From: Macrostomum lignano
Lineage: Eukaryota
Assembly: GCA_002269645.1 (NCBI GenBank)
Contig: NIVC01002965.1
Coordinates: forward strand, 1-64,000
Direction of reading: 5' to 3'
Length of the DNA stretch: 64,000 bases
Part shown: positions 33,301 through 43,816 of the stretch, piece after piece
Layout of the letters: each line of letters opens with the position of its first letter
Position numbering within the stretch: the first letter of the stretch is position 1
Notes under the pieces: generated by a model
The model's input: the letters and a program-made list of their open reading frames with translations, nothing else
What the model was told of the DNA's origin: nothing
The model's database searches: none
Made by a program: the position numbers and the translations under genes

Positions 33301-35354
33301 AGGAAGGGAGCCGGATGGGATGTCTCGGCGATTCTAGTCGTCTGGGCCGACAAGTTATCGATTGCAATCGGTTTGGTCCGGAGCTGAACTTCGGGCTCCA
33401 TTCCAGAGCCTTAAGTTGACATGAGATCCCCATTTTATCCCCTTTATCCCCTGGGACCCCAAGGAAGGGAGCCGGATGGGATGTCTCGGCGATTCTAGTC
33501 GTCTGGGCCGACAAGTTATCGATTGCAGTCGGTTTGGTCCGGAGCTGAACTTCGGGCTCCATTCCAGAGCCTTAAGTTGACACGAGATCCCCATTTTATC
33601 CCCTTTATCCCCTGGGACCCCAAGGAAGGGAGCCGGATGGGATGTCTCGGCGATTCTAGTCGTCTGGGCCGACAAGTTATCGATTGCAGTCGGTTTGGTA
33701 CGGAGCTGAACTTCGGGCTCCATTCCAGAGCCTTAAGTTGACATGAGATCCCCATTTTATCCCCTTTATCCCTGGGACCCCAAGGAAGGGAGCCGGATGG
33801 GATGTCTCGGCGATTCTAGTCGTCTGGGCCGACAACTTATCGATTGCAGTCGGTTTGGTCCGGAGCTGAACTTCGGGCTCCATTCCAGAGCCTTAAGTTG
33901 ACACGAGATCCCCATTTTATCCCCTTTATCCCCTGGGACCCCAAGGAAGGGAGCCGGATGGGATGTCTCGGCGATTCTAGTCGTCTGGGCCGACAAGTTA
34001 TCGATTGCAGTCGGTTTGGTCCGGAGCTGAACTTCGGGCTCCATTCCAGAGCCTTAAGTTGACATGAGATCCCCATTTTATCCCCTTTATCCCCTGGGAC
34101 CCCAAGGAAGGGAGCCGGATGGGATGTCTCGGCGATTCTAGTCGTCTGGGCCGACAAGTTATCGATTGCAGTCGGTTTGGTCCGGAGCTGAACTTCGGGC
34201 TCCATTCCAGAGCCTTAAGTTGACATGAGATCCCCATTTTATCCCCTTTATCCCCTGGGACCCCAAGGAAGGGAGCCGGATGGGATGTCTCGGCGATTCT
34301 AGTCGTCTGGGCCGACAAGTTATCGATTGCAGTCGGTTTGGTCCGGAGCTGAACTTCGGGCTCCATTCCAGAGCCTTAAGTTGACATGAGATCCCCATTT
34401 TATCCCCTTTATCCCCTGGGACCCCAAGGAAGGGAGCCGGATGGGATGTCTCGGCGATTCTAGTCGTCTGGGCCGACAAGTTATCGATTGCAGTCGGTTT
34501 GGTCCGGAGCTGAACTTCGGGCTCCATTCCAGAGCCTTAAGTTGACATGAGATCCCCATTTTATCCCCTTTATCCCCTGGGACCCCAAGGAAGGGAGCCG
34601 GATGGGATGTCTCGGCGATTCTAGTCGTCTGGGCCGACAAGTTATCGATTGCAGTCGGTTTGGTCCGGAGCTGAACTTCGGGCTCCATTCCAGAGCCTTA
34701 AGTTGACATGAGATCCCCATTTTATCCCCTTTATCCCCTGGGACCCCAAGGAAGGGAGCCGGATGGGATGTCTCGGCGATTCTAGTCGTCTGGGCCGACA
34801 AGTTATCGATTGCAGTCGGTTTGGTCCGGAGCTGAACTTCGGGCTCCATTCTGGTGCTTAAGTTGACATCCCCTTTGATAAAATTAATTGGATTACACAG
34901 GTGTAACTCATGAATGATTGGGCTACCTTGCTACCATAGACAAAAGCTGCATTACTTTCTCTCATCTCTTTAGTGTACTTTTTATGGACTGTGTGCGTAC
35001 GTAATTGACGATGACTGCTTCGCCTTCACACTCGCTAGCAAGCCTTATTTGAAAATGACACATCACCTTATTTTAATGTAAGCGACCTTGAAAGTTGATC
35101 ATCTTCACGACTTTTCACTTCACTAAAACCGCAGGGTTGGCCTCGCCTGCCTGGACCTGCTGGCAACCCTCGGCCTTGTTGTCGCCTGCGCTAAGGAATT
35201 CTCGTCGGTGAACCAGACAGCCGGCCGTCTCATGCTGCCCTACATTGGCTGGCTGTGCCTGGCTGCTACCCTCAACATCTACATCTGGTTCTACAACGAC
35301 TCGCGCACCCTTAGCGGCGAAGGTGCCTCCCAGCAGGCCAAGTCGAAGAAGTAA
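24361..35354 (+). CDS. TSPO: Translocator protein paralogue 3, 174 aa, with a 10.5-kb GC-AG intron
   Basis: Exon 1 24361-24665 ends CAC AA|gcaagt. Exon 2 35135-35354 (ccgcag|G GTT GGC CTC; not in the ORF track) encodes KVGLACLDLLATLGLVVACAKEFSSVNQTAGRLMLPYIGWLCLAATLNIYIWFYND...KK*, collinear with exon 2 of paralogues 1 and 2. Confidence 0.88.
24885..25495. mobile_element. MITE-like element with ~160-bp imperfect inverted repeats
   Basis: 24885-25044 is the reverse complement of 25339-25495 with scattered mismatches (shared core TTGAAGACTTGCTTTTCATTGTC; CAATTTGAGAATCTGGGCGC). No TSD resolved. Confidence 0.7.
25717..28648 (+). repeat. Left inverted arm: about 17.6 x 161-bp units plus ~78 bp unique inner IR
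   Basis: The ATGGAGCCC landmark recurs every 161 bp from 25743 to 28480 (18 times). Confidence 0.97.
29255..32200 (-). CDS. 981-aa fusion: C2H2 finger, HTH + DDE transposase (DDE_Tnp_4-like), degenerate SWIM-like finger, ubiquitin-specific protease (peptidase C19)
   Basis: CSQCGHQFSKAANLNRH; LRQGCSFQSLAFDFNIS; GD200HTY, GD256GNL, FD294KGY, VE375CSF; KAGSRTAGCDSHV; GLPNNGLQC726YANAAVQ, QHHCVNEF, HHGNRLKSGH941FTA, WTRID955D956. Intronless, no stops. Confidence 0.9.
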   Translation of the reverse strand: MLVMSDFTCSQCGHQFSKAANLNRHLETTRCGRCSSESSGAFAPPRNAREALQFLAVGGKYVKVFLNPNLFPRTANEKEFKRICGLSYSDFDSFSEMLPEVSRLRILTKPSRIFLYLKKLRQGCSFQSLAFDFNISAQRACDIFWEIAKEQYLRDPYQPRSIASTPIQTLLEENVVRDQFILGVFHTLLKGKKLVLLVGDHTYFYLPKSSSHHTQIRTYFSGKKMNVNKKMAVVNSRGKVIYTAPLTAAISPTMGDGNLTAMQVDMEAEGLIEPTLLRILCSVQKDYHVIGIFDKGYSHQLCSPTSVNFRDFIETNSKGCTTLLFPTSPGDRVLNEQFEFVNNEAPVGDRSIPGKLTSIEANTSRCATLFRYLVECSFAAIKQDKCINERQEPYQWLHAPEFTERSRLDVVIENSMAKFNRSHPGFQATRSLPPSWSDCSMFEYGRNFAKRLFIANELDEIEQLEYNCDLTRIPTSSTRKWTAVDPLDPESSGFPSVDERNLEELSIGPYHVLQSKRYIENVRVHEVLSSYAGDSWRDFELLISELPSHLKCWKFHQRAPPKGWSSKFGEWRPSWIYLAVLHSRHRSKTYRVVLRICETASGNRFGFRDSGLLRLHGYFSSSKAGSRTAGCDSHVMAVVRMLGCYAYHPESYNMCGSSFRFIDSALPKALIANLYNDQSGGHPAPNAPRRDSAESQQDEQRHSSNATGSLNSPKKLFGLPNNGLQCYANAAVQLFLCLHSNGCILKETSNDQVHRELLRLLMEMQQRSATVTPLLTAVRLQHPDSFQTNQHHCVNEFVQTLLIHLEFLSSDAFTEFSLIQTCRDCQRTSAEVPVGTIDNRVICIPLCQFERSIVSLDKIFCAFVAPQVVKCSDANCLGDCNQEIVVTPGKFTLIYLDRASMDGHLKLQTPVSFSSRSGGVSTLGKPVATISHHGNRLKSGHFTASVLSCVWTRIDDMKVTSDYNPFVREPECIVLVALLNS
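29258..30062 (-). other. USP/C19 deubiquitinase catalytic domain (C-terminal ~265 aa of the transposase ORF)
   Basis: Cys box, Q-box, CRDC...CSDANC zinc-ribbon pair, His box and the following Asp occur in canonical order. Confidence 0.85.
32428..34875 (-). repeat. Right inverted arm: about 14.6 x 161-bp units plus unique inner IR
   Basis: The reverse-complement landmark recurs 15 times from 32596 to 34849; one unit is 160 bp. Confidence 0.97.
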
Positions 35355-35824
35355 CTGAAAAAATTGACAAGAAAGAACTTACTGCACTGTTTCCCTAGCT
35401 AATATGTAGTTTTTGACTAGTGTAATTTTTCAATGTTAACTAATATTTAAGCAAGAAATTTATAGGTAGCTAGATATATATTACAGATCTCGGTAGGCTA
35501 CATACAGAATCTTAAAATGCCTGCGCATTGTTTCTTTTTTGCAACACGTTTATTCAGCTAAACTGAGCCTGAGGTTTAATATTTTATACAAATTGATCAT
35601 TTTTCTAGTATGTATTGCTATTAAATTTTATATACAAGCGTACAGTGCCGATTATAATTGATTATTAATCTTAAATAATTGTTTATTAGTGATTTTCAAG
35701 AAAAAATATAGACACTTCCAACTGTATTCCTAAAACTGTGTGACATTTTTATATCAAATTTGTTTACTGATGAACTTAAAATTGTTTTTTATTTATTGTC
35801 TCTAGCCTGAATTAAAGGTAGTGC

Positions 35825-36555
35825 GTTTCCGGGGGATGCAGTGGGTCTTCAGGAGATGCAGTGAGTCTTCAGGAGATGCAGTGGGTCTTCAGGAGATGCA
35901 GTGTGTCTTCAGGAGATGCAGTGGGTCTTCAGGAGATGCAGTGGGTCCTCAGGAGATGCGGTGGGTTTTCTGGGGATGCAGTCAGTCTTCAGGAGATGCA
36001 GTGGGTCTTCAGAAGATGCGGTGGGTTTTCGGGAGATGCAGTGGATCTTCAGGGGATGCAGTCAGTCTTCAGGAGATGCGGTAGGTTTTCAGATGTAGTG
36101 TGCCTTCAGGGCCTGCAGTGGGTTCAGGGACTGTAGTGGGTCTTCAGGAGATGCGGTGGGTTTTCGGGAGATGCAGTGGATCTTCAGGAGATGCAGTGGG
36201 TCTTCAGGAGATGCGGTGGGTTTTCGGGAGATGCGGTGGGTCTTCAGGAGATGCGGTGGGTTTTCGGGAGATGCAGTGGATCTTCAGGGGATGCAGTGGG
36301 TCTTCAGGAAATGCGGTAGGTTTTCGGGAGATGCAGTGGGTCTTCAGGGAATGCAGTCAGTCTTCAGGAGATGCGGTAGGTTTTCAGATGTAGTGCGCCT
36401 TCAGGGCCTGCAGTGGGTTCAGGGACTGTAGTGGGTCTTCAGGAGATGTAGCGGACCTTCACGGGATGCAGTGGGTCTTCAGGGGATGCGTTGGGTTTTC
36501 TGGAGATGTAGTGGGTCCTCAGGGGACGCAGTGGGTCTTCAAGGGATGCAGTGGG
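35825..36555. repeat. 20-bp minisatellite, about 35 copies
   Basis: Unit CTTCAGGAGATGCAGTGGGT. Confidence 0.95.
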
Positions 36556-37791
36556 TCGTCAGAGAAGCAGCTTGTATTTTAAAGCATATTATTGTTCGAA
36601 AGTTACCAGAAATAATCTACATGCAGCTCGATCACCCAAAAGTAACATAGGGTGCATAGATTGTGATTTGCACTATACACAATATATAAAATCTTATCTC
36701 GAATTTCAACTTTCAAACCCAAGGTTGCAACAGGGCAGCTGCATGTAGATAGAGATTAGCCATTTCTAAGTCAGGTGTTACTGCCCAACTGCAGCACTTT
36801 CATTTTAGCTGTGCCTTGATTATCCGTGCCGAACTCTTTTGATCCTTGGGTGGGGTTAAATTCCATGCTGCTCTGACGCTATCTATAACTGACCATTTTA
36901 CCTTAAGAGAAGACATAGAGAGAGATATTTCACTGCTTCCAAGTCTGTAGCGTTGCAACTACGTTTTTAGATAAAGCTTGCTGCAAAAATCATTTTCAAT
37001 AAGTGTCATTTGAGTGCACACAACTAGAAGCATATTTTATCAGGTTTTGGTAACTCTGGAAATTTAGCAGATGCGAAATTGTTTCTCTGGCTTAGATACG
37101 AGTAGTTAGAAATATGGCTCTGGTTATACCTGGGTAAATACAGTAAGTAGTAAGTTGAGTCTAATTGAAATCCTGCAAACTCCAAGTGTGCAGGATTTCC
37201 CGCATACTGACGCAGATCGACGCATCCCAGGGGTTAGAAAAATTGGGGCGTACCCCTCTTGGGGGGGACAGCTTTAGAGACTTTGGTTTGGACATGTGGG
37301 GTCCAGCTCAGACTGCAGCGGTTTGCCCAACGCTCGGCATGGTGGTTGAAGGCTTGGAGGAGGTCTCATAGGACCGCGGTTGATGGTTCAGCCATAGGGG
37401 TGGTAACAGCGTCCGTATAGCGGACCTTGTGTACCGGGTCAGGACACGGACTGCTGAGAAAATCTTCCATGACCACGTTCTAGAGAATTGGGCTGAGGAC
37501 TCCACCTTGCGGTCCACCTTTCTGGGCCTCCACATAGCAGGAGTGCCCGAGGACGTGCAAGGTGGTAGTCCGATGAGAGACCATTAACAGAATTACTACG
37601 TATCCAATAGAAAGTTAGACGTCTTCAATACGTATTTTTTAGGTCGTAAGAACGTCCGCGAGACGTATCCAATGCATTTATGATCCTCAAAAAGCTGGTT
37701 TCTACAAAAAAGGAGAATAAATAATGTTTCTATTACTATTTATTACTTGTGTGAGACAGTGGCTCGCAACAGAAGACAATGGCGCTCAATT

Positions 37792-40700
37792 TAACGCAGT
37801 GGCTTTGACTTATTTGACTTAGCTGCAGGGTGGTCCGTAGACACAGTGGGGAGGCGAGGGTTGCCCATTCCGCCAGCCCCTGAAGGCCCGCAGACAGGCA
37901 GAGGCGTGGGGCCGGTCAGGGTGGTTCGCCGGTCCGTCCTGCCGCATGATCTTTCGTAGGGAAAAAAGTGGCTCGTCTTGTCGCCCGAAGAAACTGGATG
38001 AGCCGTGGGATACTGTCGGGCCGGCAGAACTTGTCAATAGACGGGTTCGGCCCGAGATAGCGCAGCCGGTCTCTTGGTAAAGAAAGGGCAGAGACAAACA
38101 AAGTGCAGAGCATCTTCATGGTCGTATTCGCAAAAAGGGCAAATTTCACTATTGAGGAAGAAGTGCCTGGCGAGGTAGCCATGGCTGGTAAGGGTCATGA
38201 CGAGGGTGCGATTATCCATCTGTTTTTGGTTCATAACGACGTTTCTGAGCCTGCAAGAGGGGCACGGAACCACGGCTCGTGATTGCCGGCAGTTCTGGGT
38301 GCCTGCCCATCTGTCCATGTGAAGGGAATCAGCCTAGTCATCGATCTGACGATTGATGACCGTAGAAGGGATACGCTCGTAGGGACCACGGGCTCAGGGC
38401 CTAGAAAGGAGGGTGTCTGCCAACTAAATGTACTTCCCGGGAACCCTGTGTGCCCTGGGATCCACTTCAGCATTGAAAGTATTGCTACTGGCCAGGAGGT
38501 TGAGCTCCCGAGCGCAGCCAGCGACTGTCCGGGAGTTTGTGGTGGTGTGGCAAAGGGCCTGTAAAGCCGCTTGGCTGACAGTTGATGACGATAGTCTCTT
38601 GTCTCGTACCCTTGGCATTCAGTTCTGCGGCGCAAGGGCTGATAGCAAGGACTTGGTTCTGGAAGACGGTAGAGAGTCTGCCAGTGTGCTGACCATGCGT
38701 GGCAATGACGCGGCCGTCGACGATGATGCAGACCCCAAATCCAGCGTAGCCGTCTTTGATGGTTCCGTCCGTGTTGCAATGGACCTTCTGGAAATTCCAG
38801 GTGTCAGTGGCAGCATCCTTGAGGTTATGTGACTTTGTAGCGGTCAAAGAGGTTGAGAGTGCGGGGTTCACCGTCAGATAAGACGTGGAGCCCGCCACCG
38901 TCTCTCAAGTCTTTGAGGCAGAGGTCGGCGTGAGGCAGGAGTTTGCGCTTAGCCATAGCCCTATGGGGCAGGAAACGAATGCCGGCGTCAATAAGACGGC
39001 GGGCAGTCTTAGCCGCAGTTCCCTGCGAACGAAGATGTCCAGCGGGGGAATGTTGAGGAAGGCGTTGCAGAGGCGTAAGGAGCAGACGGGGGGCGCTTAT
39101 GATCATGCGGCATGCGCGCCCTTGCGCTCTCCTGAGAGTCTCCAGGCAGGTCTTCATCTGCAGGGCGCTAGCCCAGATCAGGCCGCCGTACGAGATAGCA
39201 GGCCTAACCATTGCAGTGTTGGGGTTAAGCCCCCAGGTGGTGCCGACGGCCCTGTGCAGCTACGCGAGAACTGCAAGGGCACTCTTGGCTTTAGCCTGAA
39301 CGTGGGTGACCAGTTAAGCCTGTGGTCCAGGGTAATCCCTAGACATTTAGTCTGCTGGCAGAAGGGGATTTCCCTTCCGTAAAGCGTGAGCGGCCGAATC
39401 TGCCACTTGGTCCTGCTGGTGAACATGATCGCTGCCGTCTTAGTCTTAGAGAGCTTTAGACTGAGCTTTAGAGCTTTAGAGATCCATTGCTCTGAATGAA
39501 ATTCTGGATGAAATTCTGAAGGAGGTCCTTGACGGTGTCAGGGGACGGACCAAACACCACTGCGGAGACATCGTCCGCATATTCTACTTTCAGAATGGGA
39601 TCAGGCCGAGCATCCCGAAGGAGCTCATCAACAATATTCCAGAGAACTGGAGACAGCACCCCAACCTTGCGGGCTACATTTGCAGACGGGGATCGTCCTC
39701 TGGTAGACCAGCGAGCTATGGCCGTGCGATGGCTGATCATGTACATGATCCATCTGGTGAGATGTGAGTGCGTTTGCCTTTCACAGAGGGCTCTCCGGAA
39801 AGCCTCGAAGAGGACGTTATCGAAGGCGCCAATGACGTTCAGGAAGATCCCCAGAGCGAAGTCGAAGCACGGCCTTCTCTAATTTATCGACCAGGACGTG
39901 TAGCGCGCTTTCGGTGGAGCGACCCGCCCGAAAAAGTCCTTCTTTAAGCTTTGAAGGGCTTAAAGGAGGTAGCTGCTCTTACGATGCGTTCCTCCGTGAT
40001 GATAGAGGCAGCCAGCGCGTGACCTCCTCAAAGTGATCCGGGTGGTCAGGTTAGTCGGCTCGTTGGGAAAAACGCATGGAGCATTGTATCAAGCGTTTCC
40101 CTTGAGTTATGCGTAGGCGTGCCATCGGTGCGTTTTATCGAGGAAAGCTTAGACATTTTTTGTCCAGCGTAAGCGCATTCACGACTCGTAAAATCATGGA
40201 TTGCTTCATGATAGGCGGCTTGGTCTGCTGGGCTCTTGGTTTAGTTGCTCTGCGGTGGAGTCTCTTAGCTCTGCAATGGAGGTTGCCGAGCTCGGGATTC
40301 CCCCACGGCGCAGATGTTTCCCTTTACGAGTATAGGCTTTTAAAGGGCAGGATGCCTCAAAGGCGTTTATGGCGTTTATGTCAGCACAGTCGCGCACGTC
40401 ATGATCGTGGATGGTTGGACCGAATATTGATGGAACTCCTTCAGGGCGAGTCTAAAGGTATCCCAATCAGTGTTTTTGGCGTTCCGTCTCCACGTAACGC
40501 GGATTCATGCTGCGCGCGGCCATCAGGTTGAAGGAGATGAACTTGTGATCGGAGACGGAGGACGCCGGAGGCACCCGCCACGCCTCAGTGCTTTGGTAGA
40601 GCCTGGATGTTGCCAGTGTGGCATCGATCACCTCCTAACATCGTCGGTTATCAGAGATAGGAGCCAGAATTGCAGAAATCGAGGGTCGTGGAGGCAACAG

Positions 40701-43139
40701 AGGCGCTAGGAGGTTAATGCCTCCCGTGGACCCGTAGGAGGTTAATGATTAATGCCCGTGCTGCCCCAGTGAGTATGTTGGTCGTTGATATCGCCGGCAA
40801 CCATGAGCTCCTATGTTTTGGCGGAGCAGAGCTCGACTAACGTATAGAGGGTTCTGTGGACGACTGCAACATCGCCTGGTAAGGTAAAACCGAGGCAACG
40901 AGGGTGATCTTCCCAGGAAAGAGGTCCTCAGATTGGCTGACGCAGATGACCCTGTTAGACAGGTCCAATCTGAGCCACGCGCTGGGTGTTTTAGCCACAA
41001 AGATGCAGGCTCTGGGAGGCTGACTGGCCTCGCGTGGGTAAGTATAGAAACAATAGTAGCCGGAAGGGGCGTTCTGAGGCTTACCTTTTAGGCTCCAGGT
41101 TTCCTGCACGAGTTCGGCATGTCGTCCAGCATGTCGAGCTCGGCGTAATGCACAAGGTTGACCGAGGCTACTATGCGGTGCTGCAGATTGATCTGCAGGC
41201 ATCGGATTCCCTGGCTGCTGATCATTATCACGTGGGGCAGCGAAATCGTGGAGCAGGTCATCCTCCTCCTTTTCAGAGGTGATTGGCCTGCAGACCTCCA
41301 TGGGAGCTTTAGCGTCCTCGGCAGTTAGGGTGGCTGTAGAGTCCTCCGCGGGCGCAAGCCCAGCGAGGACGTTTCCGTCGCCTCCCATGGGTGCTTCGGT
41401 GCCGTCACTACCCAACCCCTCCACCTTGTTGTCAAGTCGATGCGGGTGATGCCAGCCTCCTGTCGAGGAAGGATCCCCAACGACCAGTCGGTCAACGTCT
41501 CCCTAGCTACAACCTGCAAGGCTTTCTGGCTGTCGGGATGGAGCGCGAGAAGGGCGGACCCGGACCTCCGGGTGCTCCTGGTAGGTCTGCGGTTGCGGTT
41601 GCCGGATTCAGCAGCGTGAACTGCCTTACCGGGCTGGGGATCAGCCGCTTGCCCCAGCTTCTTAGCCGGAGGAGCCTGGGCCCCAGTTCCGGTTTTGAAA
41701 GCCTCAGCATGCTTGGCTTCGTCAGCTTTCCGCTCCTCACAACGGAGGATGGTCAGCTGAGTCTGACCAAGGTATATTGTGGACTTAGGCAGCAAGCGCT
41801 TTAACCCAATCGTCAGAGAGAACTAGGATCACCGTGGCCCCCCTCTTTTGCGGGAAGTGGTGTGATGCAAGTTCCCATTAACCTCAAGGTCAGGGTGCAG
41901 CTTCAGCAGGATCTGCCTCAGCTAATCTCCCGACTTAATGCCAATGCCGGTCGGGATACAGACGCGAAAGCCTTGGGTCTTTTGTCGCACGCCCTTGCTG
42001 GCGAGGACGAGTTTGCGGAGCTTCTTGGCCAGTTCTGCTTTGGCAGAAGCTCGTGTAGACATCGGCTTCTCTTCTCCGAGTTTCACGAGATAAAAATGCA
42101 GCCGTCGGTCTTGGCTGATTTGACCACGCTCACGGGGTGGCCTGCTAGGCGCTGGTCAATAAGTGTAGCCTCAATAGTGCGCTAGGCACTGTCGAGCTCA
42201 TCGGCAGTGAGGTCTTGCTCCTCCCCGAAGACGATGACCGCAAGTTGGAGCTTGAGCTTTGAGGCATAGTTGGTGGCGGCGGCTCCCGAAGGCCCGGCCG
42301 CGCTGATGGCAGTTTTGCTGGATGGCATACCAGCGGGGGTTGTTTCCTGGGGGGGGGGCAGGGATCGCTGTGGCTCCTTTCGGCCCAACAGCAGCCTCGC
42401 CCTCCCGAAGTTCCGCCTCCGCAAGTGGCCGGCCCGCAGCCTCCCTGTCGCGTTGTCGCCATCGCCGCTCGTTGTGGCGTTAATTGGGGGCACGTCGTTT
42501 TGTCGCCAGGCGAGCCAATGGCGACCTTAACTGCCCCCGGTGGGGCGGCGCTGGCGCCAGAATCACCGCCCGAAGTTCAAGGGGGTCACAGCTTCAACGG
42601 GAATATTAGAGGCGGAGGATGCCATGGCTGAAAGAGGGAAGGAGTGAGCGGAGTCACAAGGAAAAAGATAGAAAGAAAAAAGTGGTTTTCTAGCGACCAG
42701 ACTAGCTACTCCGCGGCCTTCCAGCCCATCGGCGCGGTCAAACACCTTAGCCATTAGAGGGTACGCTAAGCAGTACCACGGCCTGCGGACAAGCGAGCCA
42801 AACCCGCATACCCAAGTTCGGCAAAAGCCACTGGATGGGTACCCAGCGTTGGAGCCCAGTCTGTCCAGCAGCTCCAGGGTCTGCCTTGAACACTCTCGGG
42901 GACGAGTACCCCTGGGTTGACTTGCAAACAGCGTGGGAGAGTCTGCGGTTGCCAGAGGCAAATAGATGGAGCAGACCTCCTGCCAGCCTGTAACTGCTGC
43001 GCTGAAGATAGAGGAAGGTGTGAAGCATCGCAGACAGTAGCCCATAGGCCTAGTCTGTCTCATACTTCGCTGGTGTGCTGAATACGCCTAAACGCCTTTA
43101 GCCTTTACGCCTAAACGCCTTTACGCCTTTACGAGCTCC
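37792..43139 (-). mobile_element. Near full-length but decayed non-LTR retrotransposon, R1/LOA-like (ORF1, APE, RT, RNase H, CCHC)
   Basis: Frameshifted fragments: CLQINLQH and LVQETW (APE), IGAFDNV, GVLSPVLWNIV and YADDV (RT), CNTDG and LKWIPGH (RNase H), CPFCEYDHEDALHFVCLC. Candidate 18-bp TSD AGACA(A/G)TGGCGCTCAATT at 37774-37791 and 43140-43157. Tail of AAGTCAAAT repeats. Confidence 0.85.
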
Positions 43140-43816
43140 AGACAGTGGCGCTCAATTCAATACGGTGACACCCTATACAAAGCTAAGGGGCTGTCACTTA
43201 AAGAAATCATTTGAAGCTCCATAAAAAGCCGAGCAACATTTTTAGGACATCGGCATTTGGTATTAACTAGACTCGTTGAATATATAAATATTGTATTGTC
43301 GCTAATTTTCAATACTTTTATCTGGCACGTTTTCTGTTAGCTTGTGAATGACGGGGCCTTTAATTGCACTGATCAACCCCCATAGCAACGGTTCAATTCA
43401 TAAATAGGAAAACTAGCAGCGCGTCTTACTAGTGAACTCACACGGTCTTAGCAGTATGAAATGCCTACTAATTGTGCTCTGCCTTTTCGTCCCTCCCAGC
43501 AAGCAGAGGGTGATAATGCCAAACAGAAACTGTGGAGATTACAAAATGCATTGAACATTCTCTTTCTCACAAATGCTGCTGCTGGCAACACAGTTTGCTA
43601 TCAATCGAGCAGCGCATGCCACGTTGGCCTGCCACTCCGATAAAAGTTTTGAATAGCGCGAATTACTGCACTGGAAAATCTGCGGTAGAATTGAATTCGC
43701 TATTCAATATATAGGCTGAACCCTGGGGGTTCAAATGTCACTATCTACCTGCGGAGCGGTTTCTGTATCGGCAATTAGTCAACCAAAGTGCAGCTAAACG
43801 CATTAACGAGTTGGCC

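Larger units (their letters stand above)
25717..34875 (-). mobile_element. 9159-bp DNA transposon, PIF/Harbinger-ISL2EU (PHIS)-like, with foldback-type tandem-repeat TIRs
   Basis: Termini AAGGGGATGTCAACTTAAGCACCAGAATGG ... CCATTCTGGTGCTTAAGTTGACATCCCCTT. TGA flanks both sides (25714-16 and 34876-78). A single central transposase ORF. Confidence 0.92.

Noticed and set aside
25713-34849. Dozens of 122-aa ORFs (MEPEVQLRTKP...)
   Set aside because: They are translations of the 161-bp tandem unit. 161 is not a multiple of 3, so each frame ends at the same recurring stop. No protein motif.
25717-34875. Long-read foldback chimera or misassembly
   Set aside because: The arms differ in copy number and variants, a candidate TSD is present, and the TSPO-3 exons are collinear on both sides. 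Raw-read support is still worth checking.
35821-36431. QEMQWVFRRC-type ORFs
   Set aside because: Translations of a 20-bp minisatellite.
37290-37560. GC-rich segment with a short ORF left of the LINE
   Set aside because: No recognisable motif; cannot be assigned.
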